Of a stretch of 61,347 bases of DNA, positions 35,297 through 44,291 are shown piece after piece. Position numbers and translations under genes: made by a program. Position 1 is the stretch's first letter. Every line of letters starts with the position of its first letter. The stretch covers positions 1 through 61,347 of IMG/VR virus record IMGVR_UViG_3300048599_000880, one strand, 5' to 3'. The DNA comes from a virus (lineage: Duplodnaviria > Caudoviricetes). The notes beneath the pieces are model-generated. The model saw only the letters and a program-made list of their open reading frames with translations, did not search any database and was not told the DNA's origin.

Positions 35297-37849
35297 TTAC
35301 GCGGCCTCCTTCTCGTTGTCGGTAATATCGAAGAGGGTTGGCATCGCCGCTTCACGCTCTGCCGCACGCAGGTACCAAGCGCTGTCTTTCCAATAGCCGG
35401 CATTGAGTTCGCAGCCGAGGCCTCGACGCTTCAGCTTGAGCGCTCGCAGCGGGACGGTCCCCAATCCCGAAAACGGATCGAACACCACGTCGCCCGGCAT
35501 CGAGTGCTGCACCACCAGCCGGTCGACGATGTCGAACTGCAGCGGGCAAAGGTGCATCTCGCGGCCCTTGGCATACTGCTCGCCGTTCAGGGTCCGCATG
35601 CGCGTGATGTCGGACCAGATGTCAGGATGTGTCGACTGCGGCGGCAGCAGCATGAACGTCGGGGGCAGCTTGCCCTGCTCCTCGAGCCCTTCAGCGATCG
35701 CGACGTGGTTCTCGAAGTCGTAGACCGTCGTCTCGGAGTACGCGCGGAACACCTTGTAGATCTGATCTGCCGGCATGCCGGCGAGGTCCTGGGCCATCAG
35801 AAGCCGGTTGCCGCTGCTGCGAATCACACCATGGGCATCGAGCTGCCAGCGGCCCCGGCTGTAGCCTTCGGCATTCTCCCAACGATCGTGGCGCCATTCC
35901 TTCTTGGCCTTGACGACCGGCTCGTCGGCATAGCCGTTGCTGCGGTCGGTCGGCGGCTTGCGAAAGCGCAGCACGTATTCGGGCATGCCGTTGCCCATGC
36001 GCGAGCCGTCCTTGCACTGTTCGGTCCAGCCCAGCCGGTAGGTCTGATTGTTCTCACGAACGACGTCCGTCGACACGGTAACGCGGCTCAGGAAGCCAAA
36101 CCCGTGCTTGCGGAAATGCGCAATCGTGTGGTCGCTGAAAGGGCTCACGGTTTGGAAGCCCATGCCGCTCAGCCCGGAGGGCACGATGCGATCCTTGACG
36201 TGCACGGCGGCGATCCGGCCGGGCTTCAACACCCGAAACAGCTCGCGCGTCAGGTAGTCCATCTGCTCGAAAAAATGCGGATCGTCGTCGGTGTGACCGA
36301 AATCGTTGTACGAGGGCGAGTACTCGTACTGCGTCGAGAATGGAATGCTGGTGACGATGAGGTCGACGCTGTCGGCCGGCATCGCCTGCGTTTCGAGAAC
36401 GCTGTCGTTCTTGACCAGGCGCCATCCCTCGCCGAATGCCTCTTCGCGGGCCGTGCCAATCGATCGCTGCAGGGCCGATGCCATGGCCGACTGGCTGAGC
36501 CCGTACTCCCGGATGATGGCGGCCATCTTGGCGCGCTGTTCGTCGTGCTGCTTCCAACGACGCTCGATCCGCCGGCGACGTTCGCGCTCGGCCGAGGTGT
36601 AGATCAGATCAACGCGGACGGGCCGCGGCTGGCCGAATCTCTGCAGCCGGTAGATGGCCTGGATCAGATCGTTGAACTTGTCATCGATCCCGACGAACAC
36701 CGCCCAAGCACAATGCCGTTGAAAGTTGCAGCCGCTGCCGAGCATGACCGGCTTCGCCGCGAGTTCCTGGATGCGGCCGTTCTTGAAGTCGTTGATCGCC
36801 TTGTCGCGTTCGTCGAGGTCCTGGCTTCCATAGACGCTGACCACGTCCGGCACGGCCTGCTCAATCGCCCGGCGTTCGTCTTCCAGATGATGCCAGATCA
36901 CGCGGTGGGCAGCAGGATCTTCGGCGCGAATCTCCTGCAGCTTGCCGATGCGGCCCTCAAGGCTGTCGCGCTTCTCTCGCGCAGCATCTTGGACGCCGGC
37001 CGCGGCGTTGCGGAACATCCGCACCTGCCCGTCGCGCTCGGCTCCAGCGCCCTTGTGGTCGGTCGGGATCTCGTGCCACCGAACGTCGAGGGATGGCAGC
37101 TCGTAGCCCTCATCGCTGAAACCGAGGTCCGACGGCTTCTGCACGAACAGCGCCCACGAGGCGACCCACAGCCAGAATTCCCGCTCCTTGTGCGGATGCA
37201 GCGTCAGGGTGTCGGCTTTCTCGCTGTTGCGCTTGAAGAACCGCGTCTTGGCCTGCCCGATGTCCATGATGCCAAGGAAGGCGGCATAGGCCAGAAGCTC
37301 GATGTACTCGTTCGGGCTGGGCGTCGCCGTAGCGACGAAACGATAGCCCTCGGTGTGCTCGAACAGCCGCATGAACTCGCGGAAAGTCTTGGTCCCTCCG
37401 AAGCCTCGCAGGATCGACGCCTCGTCGAGGCTGACACAGAAGCCGGTCGGGTCGAGCTTGCCTTCGCGCACGCTCTCGTAGTTGGTGAGCCAGATCGGCC
37501 GTTCATCGTCGATCTGGCGCGTCTCCTGCACGAACCGAAGGTCCACGGCGTGCTCGCCAAGGAAGAACCGGGCGGCATCCTCAATGAACTCTTGCCGGAC
37601 GTTGAGCGGCGCCACGATAAGGCGCGGCACCTTCACCGGCGCCAGCCGCATGACCTCGATCTGCGTCACGCTCTTGTGCAGGCCAAACGAAGAGAACAGC
37701 GCTCGCCTGCCGCCGCGCAGCAGCCATCGGACCGAGGCCTGGGTGAAATCCTTGAGCCGCGGGTTCATCCGCGCGGGATCGACGTCAATCCCGCTGCCGT
37801 GGTCGAGCTTGATCTTTGCCTCTAGGAAGGACTGGTAATCGCGTTCCAT
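35297..37849 (-). CDS. SNF2-like helicase / DNA methyltransferase fusion
   Basis: Degenerate Walker A (FGLHKS), LDEAS, ATATPSPN and QAIYRLQRFGQ; C-terminal DLIVTSIPF and HLCPLQ...FDPFSGLGT. Confidence 0.88.
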   Translation of the reverse strand: MERDYQSFLEAKIKLDHGSGIDVDPARMNPRLKDFTQASVRWLLRGGRRALFSSFGLHKSVTQIEVMRLAPVKVPRLIVAPLNVRQEFIEDAARFFLGEHAVDLRFVQETRQIDDERPIWLTNYESVREGKLDPTGFCVSLDEASILRGFGGTKTFREFMRLFEHTEGYRFVATATPSPNEYIELLAYAAFLGIMDIGQAKTRFFKRNSEKADTLTLHPHKEREFWLWVASWALFVQKPSDLGFSDEGYELPSLDVRWHEIPTDHKGAGAERDGQVRMFRNAAAGVQDAAREKRDSLEGRIGKLQEIRAEDPAAHRVIWHHLEDERRAIEQAVPDVVSVYGSQDLDERDKAINDFKNGRIQELAAKPVMLGSGCNFQRHCAWAVFVGIDDKFNDLIQAIYRLQRFGQPRPVRVDLIYTSAERERRRRIERRWKQHDEQRAKMAAIIREYGLSQSAMASALQRSIGTAREEAFGEGWRLVKNDSVLETQAMPADSVDLIVTSIPFSTQYEYSPSYNDFGHTDDDPHFFEQMDYLTRELFRVLKPGRIAAVHVKDRIVPSGLSGMGFQTVSPFSDHTIAHFRKHGFGFLSRVTVSTDVVRENNQTYRLGWTEQCKDGSRMGNGMPEYVLRFRKPPTDRSNGYADEPVVKAKKEWRHDRWENAEGYSRGRWQLDAHGVIRSSGNRLLMAQDLAGMPADQIYKVFRAYSETTVYDFENHVAIAEGLEEQGKLPPTFMLLPPQSTHPDIWSDITRMRTLNGEQYAKGREMHLCPLQFDIVDRLVVQHSMPGDVVFDPFSGLGTVPLRALKLKRRGLGCELNAGYWKDSAWYLRAAEREAAMPTLFDITDNEKEAA

Positions 37850-38697
37850 CAGTGCCTCAGGAACGCGATGGTCTTCGGGGTCGACCAGCAGAGGGCACAG
37901 GTCCCGCAGCAGTCGGTCTTTCCAGTCTGCGCCGGACAAACGATGGCGCCGGCGGCTGCGGCCTGGTCTTCGGTGTCGACCGTCACCGCGCGGAACTGGC
38001 CTTCCTCACCGTCGCTGAAGCGTATCGAGCACCGGGGATGCTGGTTGATCCAGTCGATCGCGCCGGCGATGTCGCAGCCATTCCGGGCCGTGTAGCCGTA
38101 GAGGTGCAGGCCCGGCAGCCGGTCGAGCATGTCATGCCAGAAGCCCACGTATTCGGCGCTGAAGAAGTCACCGAGCACATGCAGGCGCACCAGGATCAGG
38201 CCATGTCGGGCATGCAGCTTGCGCAGCTCGGCGTCGAGCAACGGCATCAGGTCATCGTCGACCTGGATCCGTTGCGACCAGTTCATGTTGTTGCCGTAGC
38301 AGTCCCGCCAGTGCGCGCAGGATCTCGGGCAGGTGGCGCGCTCTTCGAGCGTGAGCGTGAACACCTTGGCGCCTCGAAGGTGGCCTTTCATCACCGACGC
38401 ACCGATCTTGCGATTGTGCTCGCCGGACTTCAGCAGGCGTTCCTGCAGGGCTGCGGTCGCGACGCGCGCGCCGAACAGCGTCCGGCCTTCGATCACGGCA
38501 CCGTGCGAAGACGCAAGCACATGGGGATTGCCGGCGGGCTTATGCTCGGCAAATCGGCGCTTCGGTGTTCCCGGCGCCGAGTGCTGCCGCGCAGACCGAT
38601 GCACAGAGCCGCCGCGCAGGGCGTAGCGCACTGCACAGATTCCGCGATGGTTGGCAGGCCGGCCGCAGCCGCAGAGGGTTTCCGTGGCGACCAGCAT
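37849..38697 (-). CDS. GP88-like Cys-rich (Fe-S / radical SAM-like) protein
   Basis: TCPRSCAHWRDCY, VRLHVLGDF, YGYT and CPAQ..CGTCALCW motifs. TGATG coupling to the methylase. Confidence 0.7.
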   Translation of the reverse strand: MLVATETLCGCGRPANHRGICAVRYALRGGSVHRSARQHSAPGTPKRRFAEHKPAGNPHVLASSHGAVIEGRTLFGARVATAALQERLLKSGEHNRKIGASVMKGHLRGAKVFTLTLEERATCPRSCAHWRDCYGNNMNWSQRIQVDDDLMPLLDAELRKLHARHGLILVRLHVLGDFFSAEYVGFWHDMLDRLPGLHLYGYTARNGCDIAGAIDWINQHPRCSIRFSDGEEGQFRAVTVDTEDQAAAAGAIVCPAQTGKTDCCGTCALCWSTPKTIAFLRH

Positions 38698-38801
38698 CAG
38701 TCGGCAACTGGTGTGAGCGATGCAGCATTCAAGCGACGCTTGTTTGCGCCAAACGCTGCGTCCACTATGGTCTGCAGGTAAATGAAAGCAGGGAGATTAG
38801 T

Positions 38802-38972
38802 ATGGACGGAAGCTCTAAAACTGCGGCAGCAATATTGGCTGCCGAAGCCTCTAGGCAGCAGCAGCAAGAGATCGCCTCGGCACACAGTGCGCCAAGAGGG
38901 CGAGACATATCCGGCGAGCTTCTTGCGCTCTATAAGTACTTCCTGGCGCAAATCGACAAGAAGGCTGACTGA
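38802..38972 (+). CDS. Small opposite-strand protein (moron)
   Basis: GGGAG RBS; MDGSSKTAAAILAAEA...LYKYFLAQIDKKAD; visibly more AT-rich region. Confidence 0.55.
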   Translation: MDGSSKTAAAILAAEASRQQQQEIASAHSAPRGRDISGELLALYKYFLAQIDKKAD

Positions 38973-38992
38973 GCGAGCAAATAAAGCACTGA

Positions 38993-39472
38993 TCACGCCA
39001 CCCTCGCCTTCGGCCAAAGCCGCTCGTAGGCGACCAGCCCCACGGCGCCGGCATCGGCCTCGTGATCGGTCGCGACCTTCCATCCGAGCTTCATTGCGGC
39101 GGCGATCATGTGGACCTTCTCGACGCCGGTTGACCGCCCGGTGAGCGCGAACTTCACTTCGTGGATGGTGATCTCGCGCCACGGCAGCCCATGCATGCCG
39201 GCGAAGCCATAGGCGATGCCGACCAGGCCGTAGAGGATCTCAAGCTTGTCGACTTTGTCTTTAGGCGTGATGATCGGCCGCTCCCAGGCCACGGCGTCGA
39301 ACGAGTGCACCGCATGCATCTCGTCGAGCCAGATCGTGAACCTGCCCAGGCGACGCGCGAGGTCGTTGCCCTCCTGCTCCAGCTTCAACGTGCCGAGCAG
39401 AGGCGGCCGGCCACGCACCATCACGGCGTGGCCGACGTTCGTTGCCAGATCAAGAGCAAGCAGCTTGGACAT
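38993..39472 (-). CDS. RuvC-like Holliday junction resolvase
   Basis: LLALDLAT..G, WERP, VK..LTG...K and DHEADA acidic active-site residues. Confidence 0.85.
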   Translation of the reverse strand: MSKLLALDLATNVGHAVMVRGRPPLLGTLKLEQEGNDLARRLGRFTIWLDEMHAVHSFDAVAWERPIITPKDKVDKLEILYGLVGIAYGFAGMHGLPWREITIHEVKFALTGRSTGVEKVHMIAAAMKLGWKVATDHEADAGAVGLVAYERLWPKARVA

Positions 39473-40092
39473 CAGTGCGCAGCGGCCTCGGTGCCGTTGC
39501 CACGACCGAGCGTGGCAGCAATTGCGTCCTGGCCGGTCTGCCAGCCGTTGTTCCAGGCGAACCAGTCAGGCTTGCCGGGCGTGTACGGGTTGCTTTCGCG
39601 ATCCGCGCCCTCGCGGCCGGCCTGCTCACCCTTTGCCGTGGCATCGAGGGTGACGCCTTCCTCGTCTTCCTGATCAAAGAGTGACCACTGCGTGCCGAGT
39701 GGGCTGCCCATGATCTTGAGGTAGCGACCAACGTTGCGCTGTTCGCTGATGACTTCGCCGGTGGAGCGCTCGGCAATGCGGAAGGCCAGCTTCAGGCTGT
39801 CGACATCGACACCATCACCCTTCGCGACCTTGTACCGGTTGCGCAGCACGCCTTGTGCCTGGCTTGCCTTGTCGCGCAGCTCACGCCATTCGATTTCGGC
39901 GGCCTTGATCAGGTTGATGTGCATGTCGAGGGTCTGGTCCGACGCCTCGCCGACGTTCTTGCCCTTCTTGCTCTTCTTGGCATTCTCGGCGGCCGCTGCC
40001 TTGGACAGCGTCTCGATTGCTTCCTTGTTGGCGTCCGGTCCGGCGAAGTCACTGTGATCGGTGGAGTGCTGCCCGCGGGGTCGTTTGGCCAT
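39472..40092 (-). CDS. Protein with a GapR/DUF2312-like central region and an Rmf-like C-terminal motif
   Basis: LRNRYKVAKGDGVDVDSLK..FRI and G..AG.EG....SNPY.......W..GW motifs. Confidence 0.55.
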   Translation of the reverse strand: MAKRPRGQHSTDHSDFAGPDANKEAIETLSKAAAAENAKKSKKGKNVGEASDQTLDMHINLIKAAEIEWRELRDKASQAQGVLRNRYKVAKGDGVDVDSLKLAFRIAERSTGEVISEQRNVGRYLKIMGSPLGTQWSLFDQEDEEGVTLDATAKGEQAGREGADRESNPYTPGKPDWFAWNNGWQTGQDAIAATLGRGNGTEAAAH

Positions 40093-40267
40093 GTTCATTC
40101 ACCTGGTTGGTCGAGGGGTAGGTGCCGGATCGTCTCTCTTGGCGTTTCAATGTCGGGGCTTCCGCCCGAGAGGTGGACACGCATTGACCGACACGGGAAT
40201 TCCCGTATCGGCAGAAAGACTTGGTTCGCTGCGACTTCCGGCGTCGCCACCTGCAAGGTCCACCTCC

Positions 40268-40483
40268 CTATCCAATGACGCGCTGGCCGAGGGCCGTATC
40301 GATTGCGGCTTCGATTTCGTTGCCGGCAAAACCAAGCTCGCGCGCTCGGTCGCGCAGCATGTCGCGCGTAGCAGCGCGGGCGGCGGCCGGACTGAAGGTG
40401 CGATCGTCGCCGGCGCAGGCAGATTCGAACGCGCGATACTCGGCTGCGGCTTCGGCGAGGAGAGCGGCGGGTGTCGGGTCCAT
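40268..40483 (-). CDS. Hypothetical protein
   Basis: Starts 2 nt after the CII-like stop. Confidence 0.55.
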   Translation of the reverse strand: MDPTPAALLAEAAAEYRAFESACAGDDRTFSPAAARAATRDMLRDRARELGFAGNEIEAAIDTALGQRVIG

Positions 40484-40485
40484 CG

Positions 40486-40971
40486 CTACACCTGATCCGC
40501 GGCAGCGATGATGCCGGCGCGGAGCTGCGTCAGCCCGCGGATGGCATCATCGATGTGCGGCAAGACCTGCTCCCGCTCTGCCGGCGAGACGCGCCCGTCG
40601 GCGATCGCTTTGATGATCGCCGCGATGGCTGCGCCGTGATCGCGGGTCTGATCGGCGATGGCCGTCAGAGCGACACCGTCAAACTCGTGGGGACTCTCGA
40701 CGGGCTGGAAATAGCCGCCCGCCATGAAACAGAGGAGTTCGGCGCCGGCCGGTGACTTCGGCGTCGTCAGCGCCGCAACGCGCGCGTAGCTCATCTCCTC
40801 CGGCGACTGCGGATCGGTGTACGCATACGCCGTGGTCTGGCCGATGCTCAGACGGTTCATCACCATCTTCACGCCGCCGACCTGGTCGTACAGCTCGGAG
40901 ATCGCGCCCTTCGGCGTATAGACCTCGCGCCGCTTCATCGGCCGGAAGGCCGCTACCGTCGTCATACGCAC
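40486..40971 (-). CDS. CII-like regulatory protein
   Basis: N-terminal HTH and C-terminal AIADGRVSPAERE motif; position downstream of cro. Confidence 0.65.
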   Translation of the reverse strand: MRMTTVAAFRPMKRREVYTPKGAISELYDQVGGVKMVMNRLSIGQTTAYAYTDPQSPEEMSYARVAALTTPKSPAGAELLCFMAGGYFQPVESPHEFDGVALTAIADQTRDHGAAIAAIIKAIADGRVSPAEREQVLPHIDDAIRGLTQLRAGIIAAADQV

Positions 40972-41287
40972 CCTCCGGGAAAGCAGGCCGATCGTTCCGG
41001 ATGAAGGCGCGCATGCTGTGCAGGCATGTTCCCCTCATGGACGGTTCGGCAGAAGACAGTTGGAAACGGCTCGGCGCGGTGGTGCGCGACGTGCTGAACA
41101 GTGGGGCGATGCCAGGGTTGGGGAGGCATCGCCCCGCTGCAGGGCCTACGAGCGGGGGCAAGGAAGGGACCTGCAGCATTCGAAAAACTCTGTTGCCGAC
41201 GAGCCCCTCGCTCGCTCGGCAGGTGGCCGGACCGATGCGCCCCACACGCTTTTCCGGTCCGGCCACCAAAGCTCCGTGATGTCCGCG

Positions 41288-41632
41288 TCATGCCGGCGCT
41301 CCGCTGCCGATGGCTTGAGCGATGCGCCGCGCGACCGCGCCTTTGACGCCGGATGCTTGTGCTTTGCGAAAGATCACCTGCTGCGCGGCCGTCAGGCCTG
41401 CCAGCGCCTGCGTCTTGGTCGACCGGTTGTTGTTCCAGAGCAACGTGCCGAGCGACGACAACAGGATGTCGTACTTGGCGCAGAGATCCTTGCGGCTCAT
41501 GCCGGCATCGAAGTCCGCCAGGATCGCGGCCTTGCGCGCGGCGTCGGTTTGCTTTCGCTCGGTTTCCAGGTCGGCGAGGCGCTTGGCCGTCGCGGTGATG
41601 TCGGTATCGATCTCGGTGAGGGTTCTCATCAC
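41288..41632 (-). CDS. HTH-like protein
   Basis: ILADFDAGMSRKDLCAKYDI motif; GGGAGG RBS. Confidence 0.6.
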   Translation of the reverse strand: MMRTLTEIDTDITATAKRLADLETERKQTDAARKAAILADFDAGMSRKDLCAKYDILLSSLGTLLWNNNRSTKTQALAGLTAAQQVIFRKAQASGVKGAVARRIAQAIGSGAPA

Positions 41633-41695
41633 ACCCTCCCCGATTCGACAAGCCGGGCGGCAACCAACAGGATCGCCGCTTTGCGGAGATCACTG

Positions 41696-41947
41696 ATGGC
41701 CGAGCCGAACAACGAGACCAAGCAGATGCTGGCTGTTGGCGTCGCGGGATACGCGGTCGCCATGGAGACGCTGAACAAGCTGGAAGAGCGCGGCGTGCTG
41801 GACCGCAACGAGTGTGCCAGCATTCTCGATGCCGCGATTGCGGGCTTGGAGCGGACCGAAGAGAACACGCCCCACGAAGCCTTCCGGCTCGCGCGCCACA
41901 TGCTCGATCGGCAGTTGCAGCTTTGGCAAAAGGAACGTCCGCAGTGA
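41696..41947 (+). CDS. Small opposite-strand helical protein (moron)
   Basis: GGAG RBS; MAEPNNETKQ...LNKLEERGVLDRNE... Confidence 0.6.
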   Translation: MAEPNNETKQMLAVGVAGYAVAMETLNKLEERGVLDRNECASILDAAIAGLERTEENTPHEAFRLARHMLDRQLQLWQKERPQ

Positions 41948-41951
41948 CGCA

Positions 41952-42068
41952 TCACGCCCCCTTCCCCTTCGCAGCCTTCTTCGGCTTGCGAACGGTCTTC
42001 GGCGCGCGGTCACCGGCTTCGAAGTCGAAGCGCAGGACGGGGATGTCGAGGGTGGTGGTGGCGGGCAC
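41952..42068 (-). CDS. 38-aa basic peptide
   Basis: GGAGG RBS, GTG start, VPATTTLDIP...KPKKAAKGKGA. Confidence 0.45.
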   Translation of the reverse strand: MPATTTLDIPVLRFDFEAGDRAPKTVRKPKKAAKGKGA

Positions 42069-42071
42069 CGG

Positions 42072-42365
42072 TCAGCCTCCGACGTACTGGCTGAGCGCGG
42101 CTTCGCTGGCGCGGGCATCGGCTGCGGCCGTCGAGATCCGGGCGATGGCCTCTCTGAGCTGGCCGCTTTCGATCTCGATGCTGAGGGTCTTGATCGCGTG
42201 CCGAGGTACAATCACTTCCTGGCCGGCTTCGGCGACAAGCGGCGCGGCGACACGCGCGATGACGCCACCGTTGGCGAAGGCCTGTGTGGGCTTGGCGGCG
42301 GCAACGCCCACCGCGGGCAACGCCAGCGGCAGGGCAAACAGAGTGCGGCGGGAGAGCTTGCGCAT
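42072..42365 (-). CDS. Hypothetical protein with a Tat-like leader
   Basis: MRKLSRRTLFAL...; TGATG overlap with cro. Confidence 0.5.
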   Translation of the reverse strand: MRKLSRRTLFALPLALPAVGVAAAKPTQAFANGGVIARVAAPLVAEAGQEVIVPRHAIKTLSIEIESGQLREAIARISTAAADARASEAALSQYVGG

Positions 42366-42610
42366 CAGGCGGCGTCCCGCTTGCGAGAGGGGCGGTTTGC
42401 GACGCCCGCGTGCGCGCGAACTAAAGCTTCATAAGTGAACTCCTTGATGCGCTTTTCCTTCGCCAGCTCGATCAGCGCCGACCAGACCTTCACGGGAATA
42501 GATTGCCGAGACGCCCATGAGGCGACCGTCGTGAATGGATGCTTGGTGTGGTGGGAGACGACCTTCACGCCGCCGAGGAGTTCGATTGCGTGGGATGGCG
42601 AAGTGATCAT
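42365..42610 (-). CDS. cro: Cro-like regulator
   Basis: IELLGG...TTVASW..RQSIP..W HTH; divergent from cI. Confidence 0.8.
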   Translation of the reverse strand: MITSPSHAIELLGGVKVVSHHTKHPFTTVASWASRQSIPVKVWSALIELAKEKRIKEFTYEALVRAHAGVANRPSRKRDAA

Positions 42611-42618
42611 GGGCAGCG

Positions 42619-42675
42619 ATGCTACGCATCTTGCGTAGGATCGTCAACGCCAAATGCGTAACGCAATTTGCGAAA
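42619..42675. promoter_or_regulatory. cro promoter with three operators
   Basis: - strand TTGACG-17-TAGCAT. Operators CTACGCAtctTGCGTAG (42622), CAACGCCaaaTGCGTAA (42645) and TAACGCAattTGCGAAA (42659). Confidence 0.8.
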
Positions 42676-42683
42676 CAGAAAGG

Positions 42684-43379
42684 ATGGATACGACCGACAC
42701 GCCCGCGAAGCGTCTAAAGTGGGCTCGCGAACAAAAGAGCAGCTATGAAACCGCCACCGCTGCGGCGAAGGCCTTCGGTTGGACGGTGCCCACCTATCTC
42801 GGCCACGAGAACGGCGATCGCGTCCCGAGTAGAAAGGCTGCCATCAAGTACGGCGCCGCCTACAAGGTGCCATGGGCCTGGATATTGGAAGGTGGCCCGC
42901 TGCCTGGTAGCCGGGCCCCGAAGACAGGTCCGATCCCGACCAAAGGCGAAGTAGCGGCCGGCCAGTGGCTTGATCTTGATGTTGAACTGGACCCGCGGGA
43001 CTTTGAGCAATACCCCATCACGGCAGATCCAAAGTATCCACACGAGGCGCAATACGGCCTGATCGTGCGCGGAACGTCCATTAATCGACTTGCCGATTCC
43101 GGAGACGTTTTGCACTGCCTCGACCTCGGTATCTCGAGCGTCGAGCCCGACGAAAACGACCTCGTGATAGTGGAGCGGCGGCGCGCTCAGGCCGGTCAGA
43201 AGGAAGTTACAGCCAAACGCATTCAGCGCCGCAATCGCGCTATCCTGCTGGTCCCCGATTCCACTGACTCGAAGTGGAAGCCAATCGAGCTTGACCCCAA
43301 GAAAGCCCAGGATGGCGAGGAGGTTGGCGTGGTGGCTCTTGTGCTTGCGGTTTACAAACCCTTGCGTAGGCGCAAGTAG
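42684..43379 (+). CDS. cI: CI-like repressor (HTH plus S24 autopeptidase)
   Basis: RLKWARE...YLGHENGDR HTH; VAAG cleavage site; VRGTSIN Ser and VTAKR Lys. Confidence 0.92.
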   Translation: MDTTDTPAKRLKWAREQKSSYETATAAAKAFGWTVPTYLGHENGDRVPSRKAAIKYGAAYKVPWAWILEGGPLPGSRAPKTGPIPTKGEVAAGQWLDLDVELDPRDFEQYPITADPKYPHEAQYGLIVRGTSINRLADSGDVLHCLDLGISSVEPDENDLVIVERRRAQAGQKEVTAKRIQRRNRAILLVPDSTDSKWKPIELDPKKAQDGEEVGVVALVLAVYKPLRRRK

Positions 43380-43382
43380 CCG

Positions 43383-44198
43383 CTAATTGAGGCGGCTAAG
43401 TATCTCCCGCGTGTCGGTGGCGACAATCGCGCCGCAAGCATTCTTCAGCGCCACGTAGCGCTTATTTATGGTCACATCCTGAGGGTTCTGTAGCGTCGGT
43501 GAGCTTCGCCAATAGCCATCTATTGCGCCAGGCTGACCCAGTTCGCCCACGATCAGCACGCTAAGCCTGCCTCCCAGGGCTTGGGCTCGCTCTGGCGGCA
43601 GCGGTATGATGAAACGTCTCCTCAGCCAGCTTGTCGACTTGATCAACCTAAGCTCCGGCAGGGCAATTCCGTACTCGTCGGATTTCTCCGCCCTCACGAC
43701 ACGCGTCGCGCCGTAAGCGTTCTGCCCAACGTAGTCGTCTTTGTGCCGCGGACGACTTTCTACTGCGACAAGCTCAAAATCCTGCCGGATCGATGTTTCC
43801 GTTTCGAAAATGTTCGAGCCTGTCAGCGCCTCCCCCAACATGCTGCCGACGGTGAAGAATTCCTTGTCAGCATCATACGGCGCATGGATAGGCGCCATCG
43901 CCACCACGCGACTAGATCCATAGTCGTGGATTAGCGCTGCCTTGATCTTCTGAATCGCGCCTTCGACTCGCAATTCGAAGGCGCCGGTGGTTTCGAATTC
44001 GCCCTTCGGCTCGATGCCGCCGCGAACTCGGTTGTACAGGTCTACGATCGGCGTTGGTGTGGGCCGGGAGCCAAGAATATCGGCACACCATTGGGCTGCA
44101 GGCCTGGTCTGCGCTTTGGCCGGAGGCGTCACCCAGCCGATCGCCGAACAGGACAGCGCCACCCATAGAGCGCTTGAGGAGAAGACCCACCACCGCAT
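43383..44198 (-). CDS. Exported protein in the immunity region (moron)
   Basis: N-terminal signal (…AKA), PKGEFET and YVGQNAYGA motifs; convergent with cI. Confidence 0.7.
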   Translation of the reverse strand: MRWWVFSSSALWVALSCSAIGWVTPPAKAQTRPAAQWCADILGSRPTPTPIVDLYNRVRGGIEPKGEFETTGAFELRVEGAIQKIKAALIHDYGSSRVVAMAPIHAPYDADKEFFTVGSMLGEALTGSNIFETETSIRQDFELVAVESRPRHKDDYVGQNAYGATRVVRAEKSDEYGIALPELRLIKSTSWLRRRFIIPLPPERAQALGGRLSVLIVGELGQPGAIDGYWRSSPTLQNPQDVTINKRYVALKNACGAIVATDTREILSRLN

Positions 44199-44222
44199 GT
44201 GCGCGAACCCTATTTCGAAAAG

Positions 44223-44266
44223 CTACGCATTTTGCGTTGACCGCAACTACGCATTGTGCGTAGTAT
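44223..44266 (+). promoter_or_regulatory. Early-operon promoter with two operators
   Basis: TTGACC-18-TAGTAT overlapped by CTACGCAtttTGCGTTG (44223) and CTACGCAttgTGCGTAG (44247). Confidence 0.8.
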
Positions 44267-44291
44267 CCCTCCCGTCACCGACGAGGAGCCC

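Noticed and set aside
35141-37825. 894-aa + strand ORF
   Set aside because: It is the antisense shadow of the helicase-methylase gene in GC-rich DNA, with no motifs.
41222-41267. 13-bp perfect stem upstream of the CII-like gene as a novel ncRNA
   Set aside because: It is adequately explained as a tR1-like terminator or processing hairpin. There is no second copy or covariation evidence.
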